A stretch of 64,000 bases of DNA, from NCBI GenBank assembly GCA_025201805.1, contig MU619254.1:247440-311439 (forward strand), written 5' to 3'. The position numbers and the translations under genes were made by a program. The notes under the pieces were generated by a model. That model searched no databases, had not been told where the DNA came from, and was given only the letters and a program-made list of their open reading frames with translations. Below, piece by piece: positions 1 to 11,119 of this stretch. Each line of letters opens with the position of its first letter. The first letter of the stretch is position 1. This DNA comes from Parasitella parasitica NRRL 2501. Lineage: Eukaryota; Fungi; Mucoromycota.

Positions 1-2069
1 AGCATCGAGATGATGGTCTCTATGTGAATGCCCCTAGTGGTAACTACGGTCACAATTACTGTAGGTCTGCTTCTCTGCATTCTTTCTCATATGCACTATT
101 CATGAAACAATGGTAAGTGGGATCTGAAATATTTGGCTACTACAAGATTTGCAACTCATTGTGGACATAGGAAACAAGAGGCAGTGAACTATTCTCACCG
201 ATGAGGATAGAGCAACTAAGAATAAGTCGACTTTGGGAAAGATAGGGAAGTGACACTCCGATTCTCATGCAATTCATTGTAATTTACCGTCATTTTGCAG
301 TTTCTGAAAAAAAAAAGTTCAAGTAAACGATAAAGGTCGTGGTGATTGTGATATATACATGTTATGGTTTCTGGTAACAAACCTTTTATTTCTGATAAAA
401 GCCAAGAAGTTTCTGACAGAAAAGAAATGTCTCCCTAAAAAGATTTCAAGTGGGGATTTCCATATATAAAAAAAAAGTAATTGCTTTATTTCAATCAAAG
501 TGAAAATACAAAGAGAATGTGTTTTGAATTAAGCTATCTACATCACATCTTTAAGTTCTTAAAGTTCAAGGTAGTCTTTAAAAAAAAGCTTATGGTTGTC
601 TATTGATAAACATCTGTGATTCTGGGTGTAAGTGTGTCTGTTGACCTTGGATTCAGGAACGGAGGGCAAGGTTGAAGATAAACACATTTATGTCCTTAGG
701 ATTTCAGAAGATAATTTTTTATGAACGGGCGTGGTATCCTGCCGGCAGATTGTTTCCTTTTCTCTGGCACTTTCTTATACCTTTAGGTGATTCGGTGTCT
801 TCTAGTGCAGAAGGTTTTGTCAGACAAGTACCAAGCTGGGCTCTCTATATCCAGTTCCACAGTAGAATAGCTAGTCAAACCTGTGTCTGCTTTTCCATAA
901 AACTGGAGTGGTTCAAAAGCGTATGTCTTTGTAAAACTAGCGTAGATTTTAGGCGCCTGGTTTTGTTTTTTGTTTTTTTTTTTGGTCTACGCAATCTTCA
1001 GTGTGCTATTGTTAGAAAAAATGACAAAAACTGTAAGAAAACAACGTTTAGCGATTTCAAACAAGTAATGCAAAGTAATGCATTAGACTATAAGGCACCT
1101 TTTGATTACATATTTGCGTATCTTAGAGCAATTTTTTGTACTTTTTAAGTTGACATCAGATGAAGGTAGCGTTTTTTCTGACTTTTTCAGAAAAGTATTT
1201 TTCAAAATCGGAGCGTGAGATAGTCAGGCCAGGTACAGACATGCAAGGACTACCATTAAATAGCCAAGAAGCACACAATTTAATAATCGAGGTTCCAATT
1301 GTTTTTCTTTTGAATTAGTTAAGTTATGGCTTCTCAAAGCTAATGCTTTCTTCAAAAAAAGCACCATTTTTCTTTGATGGCGGAGATTAAACGCATCTAA
1401 AATTAGGAAGAACAAATTCTTTCAAAAACTCCATTTGGACAATTCGAAAACAAAATTACTCCTTTGAGACAAGATAACATCCTCTGATACTATGCATACC
1501 ACGGCTATCAGTCTATGATAACAGCTGTATATTTGGGCACGCTACACGATGGTGTTATTTTCATAATCCTTGTATGTCTATGAAAGGAATTCTGCCGAAA
1601 AACCTCAAAAAAAGATTAAGAGGGAAAAGTTAATATTTTGCTTAATCAGAGCGCATTTCCAGTCTTTCAGATCAAGGAATGACTTTTTACGATCATTTTC
1701 CTCTAATATATGATATAGTAAAAAGTTGCATTTTTGAGGTCAAAATCGAAGACAATGCATAATCAATGATTTTGAATGTGTGGATACAAGGAAAAAAGTG
1801 AAAAAATCCATCATTTTGCATCGAAAAAAAAAATCATGCTAAAATTGCACCAAAATCATATTTAATATAGTTTTTTCCCAATGGATACTATTTATGGTGT
1901 TTTCAAGGCATTTTTGATTATCACTTAAAAATGTTGTACGAAGCTTAAGTTCTTGCTTTTAAGCTGTAAAAAATATCTGTTTGGAGCTGATATCATCAAT
2001 ATCAATTCTAGTTCATGACACAGTTCTATAAAGTAAGTATTTTGATACCACAAGTATACCTTTACAGTA

Positions 2070-2180
2070 CACAGCCTATTTCACCACTCACAGCCCATTT
2101 CACCACTTTCACAGCCTATTTCACCACTTTCACAGCCCATTTTACCAATTTCACCAACTTCACAACCGATTTCTGACCAC
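2070..2180. repeat. Degenerate ~19-21 bp tandem repeat (unit ~CACAGCCYATTTCACCACTTT, about 5 copies)
   Basis: cacagcctatttcaccact / cacagcccatttcaccacttt / cacagcctatttcaccacttt / cacagcccattttaccaattt read directly. Confidence 0.85.
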
Positions 2181-2804
2181 TTTCTTTTTTCTTCGTCTTT
2201 AAATTCTATGAGCTCTTTCGTTTGTCAATTGTGAAATTGATAATTAGACCTGAAGAACAAAACAGGAAATGTTATTATGCCCTCCCCTCATTTTCTAGTT
2301 CATGTTTATTTTACTTTATTCTTATCCCACCCTTCTATATATATTTTGCTTTAGACCGAGCTTAAATTGATTAATATTTAGATAGTGTTAATTTCTTTCT
2401 TTTATATCTTTGAACTTCGCTATCAAATAAATATTCAAGACTCTAGCATAATAACATTTCCTATTTTGTTCTGACGGTCTGAAGAAATTCTTACGAGAAG
2501 TTCTTTCGACCAAGAATGGCTGTTCGATAAAATAACTAGAGCGTTTGAAATAGAAAACTAAAAATGTGATTGTATTTAATACTTCTTGTCACTACTTGAA
2601 ATATTCTTAGGGGGACATTTCTCTTCTCTCAGAACTTCTCAGTTTTTATCAGAAACCCTAATGTATATTATCACAAACACCGTAAAAACCATAAAAAGTC
2701 TGTATATTCAAATTTGCAACCTCAAATACTTTTATTTTTCACTACTATTTTTTTTTTTCTATTTTATACTATTTTTTTCTTTTACCATCAACTATTTTTT
2801 ACTT

Positions 2805-4410
2805 TCACTTATCTTCCTCTTCGTCCTCCTCATCTTCTTCCTCATCTTCTTCCTCATCTTCTTCCTCATCTTCTTCCTCATCTTCTTCCTCATTTTCTTC
2901 CTCATCTTCTTCTACGTCTTCCTCGTCTTTCTCCATCTTCGCGTCAGTCAACCAATCTTTCGAAAGAAATTTTTGTGGGCGCTGACTTCCACGTGCAATT
3001 CTTTCCATACTGTCTTCTTCATAATTTCTAGCTTCTTCATAAATCCTTTCTAATTCCAACAAAAGGCCCTATAAAGGATTAAAATAAACGAGTCAGAAAA
3101 AAAGAAGAGTTGGTTCAGCTGTGTCTTACCTCTATTGTCGACAGCCCATTGATCAGATTTTCGATACCTCCAGACCGGATTCCGAATAAAGAGACAGGGA
3201 AGGGAAACGCACAAACTTCCTCGAGGACGTAAGATTTTTTGTCTTTTAATCTCATTGTACACAAATGTGCATCGAGCCCCATAATTTGTACAATTGGAAA
3301 TCTTACTTCTGTTATAACGCTTTCTTTTAAATATGTTGCCGAGGTTAGAAATTCATTCAAATGGCATTTAGTTGCCATGACTGACTTCAGGCGGTCGGAA
3401 TACAATTTAGCAGTGGTTGCCTTTTTCGCAACTTCCCCAGTGCCACCATCAAAAATGGCAGCGTCTTCCTTCCAAACCAAGAGTCTCAGATCAAGTTTGA
3501 ATCTTAAATTCATCTTTTTACAAACATTGCTCATCGTGTCGCCCCTATAAATCAATGCTTAATGGAAAGTACGTGTTTTTGGAGGCAAAATTTTCAGGTA
3601 TTACCAGTGCAGCAAGATTTTAGTGTTATTTCCAAAGTAAGTCTCGAAAACATATCCCCAGAATTTAACTTGTAAATCAAACTCTGAATACAAACTTCGG
3701 TACTCTTTGGAAAAGACCCTTTGCTTTTCCACATGCATCTGCAGTCTAGATATAAAGAAATCAATAAAAGTGCTTCAGCTTTACAGCTTTCATAATTACA
3801 TAAACTTGTAGATACGGAGTACTAAATCCTCTTTCTGTGTCTTAGCAGCGGTTGACAGGCACGCCTCCAGCGCGGCTTTCAACCCTTTTTCATTTTTGAC
3901 CTAACCGGTTTGTCATTCCAGTTAATACAACATCCTGAGCAAGCTTGTATAAGATAATTTGTTGACTTACTGCTTTTAATTTTGTTACTACAGAAACGAT
4001 GTTATTATCATCTACATGCTGTAACTTATTTCTTTTAGTTCCTTTATTTATTTTTGCACTCAAGGAACAATCATCAATGTCATTTTCCATTAAACTACGT
4101 GTAAACAATATCAGAGGCCAAGGAAAAACACAATTCAAATTACAAAAGTCTTACATTCTGAAATATTTCTTTTTTTTTGTTTCTTTTGTTGCTTTTGCAG
4201 CAGTGCTGTCCTCATTGATGACCTAAAGAATAATTTTAAAGACGATCAAACGAGAATTGTTATAGGGCTAACATTATTATGTGTGCTTACTTCATTTCGT
4301 AGTTGTCTCAAGCGTTGTTGTTCGACTGCGGCTTGAAGGAGGATTTTTTCATCATTCACCTCTGCAAGCGCTGATGTAATTTCATCATTTCTTCTTTTTT
4401 TAGGACGCAT
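2805..4410 (-). CDS. Multi-exon hypothetical protein with a putative PD-(D/E)xK (restriction-endonuclease-like) domain and an acidic C-terminal tail
   Basis: Spliced by eye through GT-AG introns from ATG 4410: MRPKKRRNDE...SEFDLQVKFWGYVFETYF...HWGDT...FKLDLRLLV...GTGEVAKK...KLYSDRLKSV...FPIVQIMG...; last exon ends in EEEDEEED repeats; no stops seen in the inferred exons. Confidence 0.6.
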
Positions 4411-4732
4411 GATTTAAATTATTTATTGGGGAATAAAGAAGTTATCAATAAAATAATGGCGTTTTTATGGTATAAGTGGGCATCCTTAGGGATTAGCGTA
4501 ACCTAAACTTTCTTTATAGTGACATCAAGAGAAAGTTTACTGCCAATGTCTGGTGCAACATTGCGAACTGCAACCATCATATAAATGCCACTCTCCCCGC
4601 TGTCATCGTACCCTTCTCTCGTTTTTACCAACAATCCCAATTGGTATGAATAATAACATTTGAAGTTGGTTCATATGTTAAGCTTGAAATCACGGTCTAC
4701 AATTACCCTCAAAAGAGACTCCTCAAATTACA

Positions 4733-6864
4733 TCTTATAATAAATCCTATAATAAAAGGTCCTAAGGTTTGATCAAATTTTTAGAAATCACAAGTGTTAT
4801 AACAAATAATAGTATGCCAAAGCGTTCTTTCCCTGATTCTTATCAAAATATAGCAGGCCCTATCCACCAGCAAACCAAGCGTTGTGCTTCATGCCGTAAA
4901 TTGGGTCATTCGGGAAAATCACATAATTCATATCCGAACAATCCAAAAAAAAACAGTGGTATCCCTACAAATGATACAAATGCGCACGCTCAATCTGTTA
5001 GAGAAAGTGACATAACCCCCACCTCTAGTCAGTGTAACTAGATGTGCCTCATGTCAGCACTTAGGGCATTCAAGAAATACAGTACGCACAGTTCTTGCCC
5101 TTATAACCCAAGAAATAACCTAAATCCTTCCAAAAGCACAACAGGCCCCGCTGACCCAACCAACTCAACACTACGTCCAAGAGCAACAAATGATTTTGCC
5201 ATAAGAAATATTGCAAAGGATCCCGCAAGATCGCCCACTGAGAGAAATGACCGTAGCCGTATGAGTGTGGAGGGTACTGGCTATGGAGCCCTGATGTGAA
5301 TGGTTGAGAGAATCAAAACATCATTTAGTACCAACCCTAGATTTCAACTATGTTGTGCAAACAGCTTTTTCAAGCTTAAACCTCTTGAACTAACATCACC
5401 TTTATTTGCTGATTTGCAAACAGGATCGACAAGCGAATGTAGGGAGTTTAGGATCAATATAAGGTTATATAACAGTGCAATGAGCTTTGCTTCAATGGGA
5501 GCTAAGAAAAAAACAAATCAGACTGCAAGAGAGCAAAAGATCTCGAGAGAATAAGAAACTCAAGGTGGTGGTGTATACACCTTTAAGTTGCACAGAAGTG
5601 CGTACCACCTAGTGGTTAGTGGTTTACCTGCGGCTGGAGAACGCCCAACATCCTCGCAGATCTACATTTATGATGCTGATAATGAATTGGACAATCGTCA
5701 TGCTCACGCGAGCCATATTTCGAGAAATACATCGGGAAAGCTTCAAGTATTGATGCATAAAATGAATCCATTTGTAGAGCGTTAAAAGTAAATGTCCCAA
5801 AATTGCCGACGAGATAGCAGACAAGCAGCAGATCACATATGTGGGAATTCAGAGACCCTTCAACCTCAAGCTAATCTTCCGTGCGGATGGCACTCTAAAT
5901 AAAAGGAGATATAACAGGCCAATGAATACAGATAAGCTTGCTAGATAACTGCAAACTTTTGCCAATTATCTTTTGCGTGTTGGTAATGGTGAGGTTCCAG
6001 GATTCAGGTTTAATGGCAATGATCTTGTTCCTGCTGCTGACACCGATTATGTTCCCATATATTGGATATGGTGATTCCTGGTACCAACGTGCATTCTCTT
6101 ATCAATAACATACTCCCACTTTTGGGTACAGTGGGTGTTGATAATAAATTCCGTCTCTGGGTAGACATGCTCACAAACTCAATTTTTATGACATCAATGA
6201 ACGCCGAAATCCAGATTTTAAATGATATCATGCTTGCTCAAATTCCTGGTCAAATGTTCATATATCGTAGTGCTAATAAAATTTCCCTCTAAGGTAGCTC
6301 AAGTACAGTATCCCTAGAAATGATGAACAACATTGGTGGTCTTCCTCCTCATCTACTAAAATTTAAACAGTTCAAGATTGATTATCGAGGGCCCTCTCCC
6401 AATTATTATTTCTGCAAGGATCATCACAGGTTCCAAAATTTGTGATGTAGTCCTTATTCCGAAAATCTCTTGATGAGTCCCCTATCATCTTACAAAGACA
6501 TCAATTTCCCATTTGGCTTGCCTTTACAATGTCTGTAGACAAGGCTCAAGGACTAATTTTGCAAAAGGTGAGTTTATACCTTTCAAAGCCTGTATTTCTC
6601 ATGGCGAATTATACGTTGCTCTCTCGAGAGTCCCAAATCCTAGCTCTATAAAAGTTCTCATAGAGCAATCTGAAGATGAGAAGCAAAATCGATGTCCATC
6701 CAATTGCACGCGAAATGTCGTCTTTACTGAAATCTTTGTTTAGGGTAGTACAATCACAATTACATGCTATTTCCTCTTACTGTATATCTTGAAATACAAT
6801 AAAGTTTCATTATTTCAGAGACTGGCAGCCTCGCAGAACGAGATGGACCCCGCAGATCTACTGG
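4733..6864 (+). mobile_element. Internally deleted, degenerate Helitron (Rep N-terminal region joined to PIF1 helicase C-terminal region)
   Basis: 5' A|TC at 4733 (atcttataataaa; alternative start 4745). Rep-type fragments: FQLCCAN, FRINIRLYNSAMSFASMG, SQIYIYD, MNPFV. Helicase fragments: FANYLLRVGNGE, GLPPHLLKFK, HGELYVALSRV, TRNVVFTEIF. 3' small hairpin CTCG-cagaa-CGAG, then CTGG|T at 6861-6865. Many stops and frameshifts. Confidence 0.85.
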
Positions 6865-6962
6865 TTTGTTATAAAAGTTACGTATTTGTTAAGCTGCCCC
6901 CTCCTGCACTTCAAGATGATGCGATTTTTTTGTTTTTGTTTGAACATATGCAATGCTTTATT

Positions 6963-7419
6963 TCATACAACAACATTACTTATGAGAACGCGCAATTTGA
7001 ATGATTGCCAAAATTTGCTAGTTTTTTTTAGTATTGCGAATGCAATAGGGCTATTAGTTTTGTATAGTATGAAAAAGATGACGAAGGCTGTCATTAGATT
7101 TACACCAGCATATTTCATAGCGGCCTTATAGGTAAAGTATTTCAGTATCAAACTTTTTTACCCTCTTCCCGACAAACTTACCTTGATTACCCAACGCCAT
7201 CCATCGCCCATATCTTGCATCAATTCGTCATCGTCATCACTGTCCTGGATTTTGCTTGATTTCACTCGTTTCTGCCTATCTCTTTCCACTAATTCTCTTC
7301 GCAAGTCGTCGATGCGATCATTCAGCGCAATCACTTCGTTTTGGAGCGATTCCAATGCTCTTTTTGTTGCTGGTCCTAATGCCAAGGTAGCCATTTGCTG
7401 ATATTGCTGCTGCTGCTGC

Positions 7420-7459
<40 letters not shown>

Positions 7460-8976
7460 GCTGTTGCTGTTGATGTTGCTGTTGTTGCAAATGTGGTTCG
7501 GAATTCGCAAACGTAAAATGTCTATTTGTAGCTCGGCCTTCGCTCATGCTACTCAACATATTGTTCTGTGGTGTTGCAGTAACAGAAGACGAAGCACTTG
7601 ATCCAGGCACAGGAGATTGAAAATGTGTGCTGCTGCTATGAATAGGTGTCATTGCATGTATTTGTTGCTGTTGTGTCGAATAGAAGGGAGGTGAAGGCGA
7701 TGATAAATGGCTTTTTCTGTGCTGTTGTTTTTGTTGGTTCATGGGAGATGGTAGTCTTGAATGTGAGGAGGAAGAAGACGATGTTTTGGGAATATATCGC
7801 TCATTGGCAATAGGGGTTCTACTACGGCTACCGATGCCCCTTCTTTCGTGGTCACTATCATCGCTGCTACTGCTATCTCTACCATCATGCTGATGCTGAT
7901 ACTGTTGTAAAGTGGGTCGGTTGGTTGGTATTTGTTGCCACGGATTCACATTGACATCGATAAATTCTGTCAGATAAGCTGGCTTTTTCTCATTTCCTCG
8001 AGTGTTGCTGTATTGCCCCAACCTAGATGATACAGCAGATCGAGGTCGCACCCCGCTAGGAAGACTACTTGTCGCAGAAGGAGGTCTATTATAATAGGTG
8101 GGTAGTTGTCTAGGCGTTCCAGGCGCAGTAACCATGGTCTGTACAGAAGCGGCAGACGATGGTCTAATTTGCAGTTGCTGCAGTTGCTGTTGGTGATGTT
8201 GCTCCAATATCGATCTAGTAAGAGTAGGTGTTCTTTGTGACAGAACGTTTGTGCGGTCGGGTGATCCATAAGGTGAAGTGGTATTGGAATGATTGCTTGC
8301 TGGAGTTTCGGATGCAATGTTGAACGGAATAACATTATTAGTGCTTTCTTGAATGTCACGAAGGTATGCTTTTTCCTCAGCGTCTTCTGATACGTCGCTC
8401 GTATCGTCTTCTTGATTTGTGGATGTATCATCAGTGTCCAATAGATCATCACTGCTATCATCGGCCCCTGACGGTTTCATTATGGCAAATGCATGAATAA
8501 TTTGCTGGGCTTCTTCTCTACCCGTATTTCTCTTGTACGCTTCCGTTGCAACTCTCAACAACGCTTCAACATAAATATGTCTTGCCTCTAGAGTTGTGGT
8601 GCCTTCCAACTTCTTCCACGCATCCCTGATGGATCCGTTAGATTGGCTGATTAAAGTTGACCTTGGGACCTACCATTTCGCTCTACCAACGACATCAAAT
8701 AGCCCAGGTCTTTGCGTGTTGATATCACCTTCGGAGACTTGCTTATACAAAGCATACAGCTAATAAATGCAGAAATAGACAAAAAGAAATCAGCTTTCAT
8801 CCCTCAAAATACCTTCCTCCCCCCCCCCTTTTTTTTTTAATACAATTTACTTCTAGTTTCTGGCTCTTTGTGGGTTGAAAATTTGAAGTTGCAGGCAAAT
8901 GCTGAACAAAATGTAGCGCTTTGTTGTATCTCTGTAGAATAAAACGGTCGGTATAATGAGGCGGGATGGATGCCAT
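6963..8976 (-). CDS. Acyl-CoA-binding (ACBP) domain protein with coiled coil and C-terminal TM segment (ACBD5/Atg37-like)
   Basis: Exons give KLE|LYALYKQVSEGDINTQRPGLFDVVGRAKW|DAWKKLEG (ACBP signature), a Ser/Gln-rich linker, coiled coil LQNEVIALNDRIDDLRREL and a hydrophobic last exon (NLMTAFVIFFILY). Confidence 0.85.
7404..7489. repeat. CAA/CAG trinucleotide repeat encoding poly-Q in the ACBP gene
   Basis: (TGC/TGT)n run on + strand. Confidence 0.9.
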
Positions 8977-9631
8977 AGGTCCCAAACAAACACGTATTTA
9001 AGGATTTGGGAAAAAAGAGGAAAAAGAAAAGAAAAAAAAGTGTACGCTTTAAAAGATGTATCTTATTGTGGAAATATCACATGGATTTTGACGATACTAA
9101 ATGGATATATGATTATTTTCAAGAGCCAATCAAAGTTTTGTTGATCAGTTAAGGTTATAACTCGCTTTGCCTACAATACACACTTGAATGTTGTATTTAT
9201 ACAGTAGGCACAGCGGTCGCAGAGTCATTGTAGGATAGGTATATGCTTAGAATAGTATGATGCTGTGAAGTTGCTGTTGGCAAATGAAAACTGACTGCCG
9301 TGGTAGATGAAATGATTTTAAACGATCGAAATTCAGCTGCAAAATGGTGCTTTATCCATGTAAAAAAAAAAAAAAAAAAAAATACTGTAATAAACTCATT
9401 TTGTTAAATAAACATGAAAAAGCTTAAATCACGAATTAGATTATCCATCGTCGGTTCAAAAAAATCCTTGAAAAAGCACTGTTTTCCAGACCATTAGGGA
9501 TAGATGATCCGAATGATCCGAATCCATCGCAGCAGCAGGTCACAACAAGCTGCTCACCAGCTTTACAGCTTCGATGTTGTTTTTAGAAATATTGCTAAAG
9601 GCAACCTTTCTCCAACTTGCCAAGTAGAATA

Positions 9632-10942
9632 ATGCAATCACCACGTCCAATTACCACAAGCTCACCGGTTCCAGGTCAACAAGATGACCAACTTCCTCAT
9701 TCACTATCACTCAAGGTGATGAGATTATCGCGTCCTCAGCTCACAGCCACCATGCCAATCTATTACGAGTCAAACGGCGAAAAGAAAGCAGGATTAATAG
9801 AAGGGTTGGACTCTTTAAACATATCAGATCTTACAGCATCGCATCCGATCGAAGGCAAAAGCAATGAACTACAGATCCGAGACTTTGGCCTTAGTCAAAT
9901 GCTGAGGCTGCCGTCTGCGTTTGGGAACATATACCTTGGAGAGAACTTTAGTACTTTTATTAGCATCAACAACGAATCGCCCTTAGCAGTGCAACAAGTT
10001 GGAGTCAAGATTGAACTGCAAACTTCATCACAGCGGTTTGTGCTATCTGATACAACCGCAGCACCTCACACAGTGCTGGAGACACAGACGACGTATGATA
10101 CAACAATATCGCATGAAATCAAAGAGCTGGGCGTGCATATTCTGGTGTGCTCAGTCCACTATAGCACACCAGACGGCAGACAGAGACATTTCCGCAAGTT
10201 TTACAAATTTCAAGTATCAAATCCGCTTGCCGTCAAAACTAAACTAAACAACATGATTGACGGCCGAGTATTTCTCGAAGCACAGCTACAGAATGTATCG
10301 GCAGGGCCCATGTTTTTAGAAAGAATGAGGTTTGAGCCATCCGAGCACTTTCAGTTTGAGGAGTTGAACCAGTGCGTAAAAGACAATGACGATTCATCCG
10401 TATTCGGCGATAGCTTTATTCACCCACAAGATATCCGGCAGTATCTGTATATGCTGTCACCACGCAACGCCGACAACGACCGTATATCTAGAACAACCAA
10501 TGCACTTGGAAAGCTGGACATTGTTTGGAGATCCTACATGGGTGATTTGGGGAGGTTGCAGACTTCACAGCTCACAAGAAAAGCACCCATGCTGGAAGAC
10601 TTGGAGGTACAGCCATTTTGGGTTGCAGACGGGCCAGTCCAGATCACATTGGAGCAGCCATTCAAACTTGGAATCCGTGTCAGGAATCACAGTAATGACA
10701 ACATGAAGTTGGTTTTAAGCAGCATTAAAACTAAAATGGGATCTGTGCTTTTGAGCGGCCTCGGTAGCAAACAATTGGGTGAAGTGCGTCCTAATCAGTC
10801 GACAGAAACTCAAATCGAGTTTTTCCCACTCACGCCTGGGCTGCAGAGAGTTGGCGGATTAAGAGTGATGGACCTATTATCTGGCTATACGAAAGATATT
10901 GACCATATATGTGATATATTTGTCTTGTCACAATTAAAATAA
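9632..10942 (+). CDS. TRAPPC13: Trafficking protein particle complex subunit 13 (intronless)
   Basis: LSLKVMRLSRP, LPSAFGNIYLGENF, KELGVHILVC, FRKFYKFQV, LGKLDIVWRS..G..GRLQTSQL. Confidence 0.92.
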   Translation: MQSPRPITTSSPVPGQQDDQLPHSLSLKVMRLSRPQLTATMPIYYESNGEKKAGLIEGLDSLNISDLTASHPIEGKSNELQIRDFGLSQMLRLPSAFGNIYLGENFSTFISINNESPLAVQQVGVKIELQTSSQRFVLSDTTAAPHTVLETQTTYDTTISHEIKELGVHILVCSVHYSTPDGRQRHFRKFYKFQVSNPLAVKTKLNNMIDGRVFLEAQLQNVSAGPMFLERMRFEPSEHFQFEELNQCVKDNDDSSVFGDSFIHPQDIRQYLYMLSPRNADNDRISRTTNALGKLDIVWRSYMGDLGRLQTSQLTRKAPMLEDLEVQPFWVADGPVQITLEQPFKLGIRVRNHSNDNMKLVLSSIKTKMGSVLLSGLGSKQLGEVRPNQSTETQIEFFPLTPGLQRVGGLRVMDLLSGYTKDIDHICDIFVLSQLK

Positions 10943-11119
10943 AGTTTTTAATGCAGCATGGCCATGTATTATGCGCATCAATTCAAATTTTGGTTGCCAT
11001 GGTTTCACACCTTGGTGATTCAGTGACAAATCATGACATCAAAAAAAAAAAAAAAAAAGCTATAAAATAGCTTAACGAAACGCCATTATACATTGAATAC
11101 AATTAAAACCTAAATAAAA

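Noticed and set aside
1-230. Possible 3' exons of a gene (HRDDGLYVN..., GT-AG intron at ~112-170)
   Set aside because: It is truncated by the window edge and too short to assign.
1224-1415. KQLEPRLLNCVLLGY resembles a Ty1/copia integrase C-terminal motif
   Set aside because: It is a single short motif with no supporting integrase, RT or LTR sequence that I could identify.
2070-2180. Repeat array as CRISPR or telomere
   Set aside because: There are no unique spacers or cas genes, the context is eukaryotic, and the units are degenerate and internal.
2586-3053. Hydrophobic LIFF-repeat and PHLL-repeat ORFs on the + strand
   Set aside because: These are antisense shadows of the (GAR/GAT)n acidic tail of the minus-strand gene.
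9632-10942. Intronless TRAPPC13 as a retrocopy
   Set aside because: There is no poly(A)/TSD evidence and the ORF is intact; long exons are common in this window.
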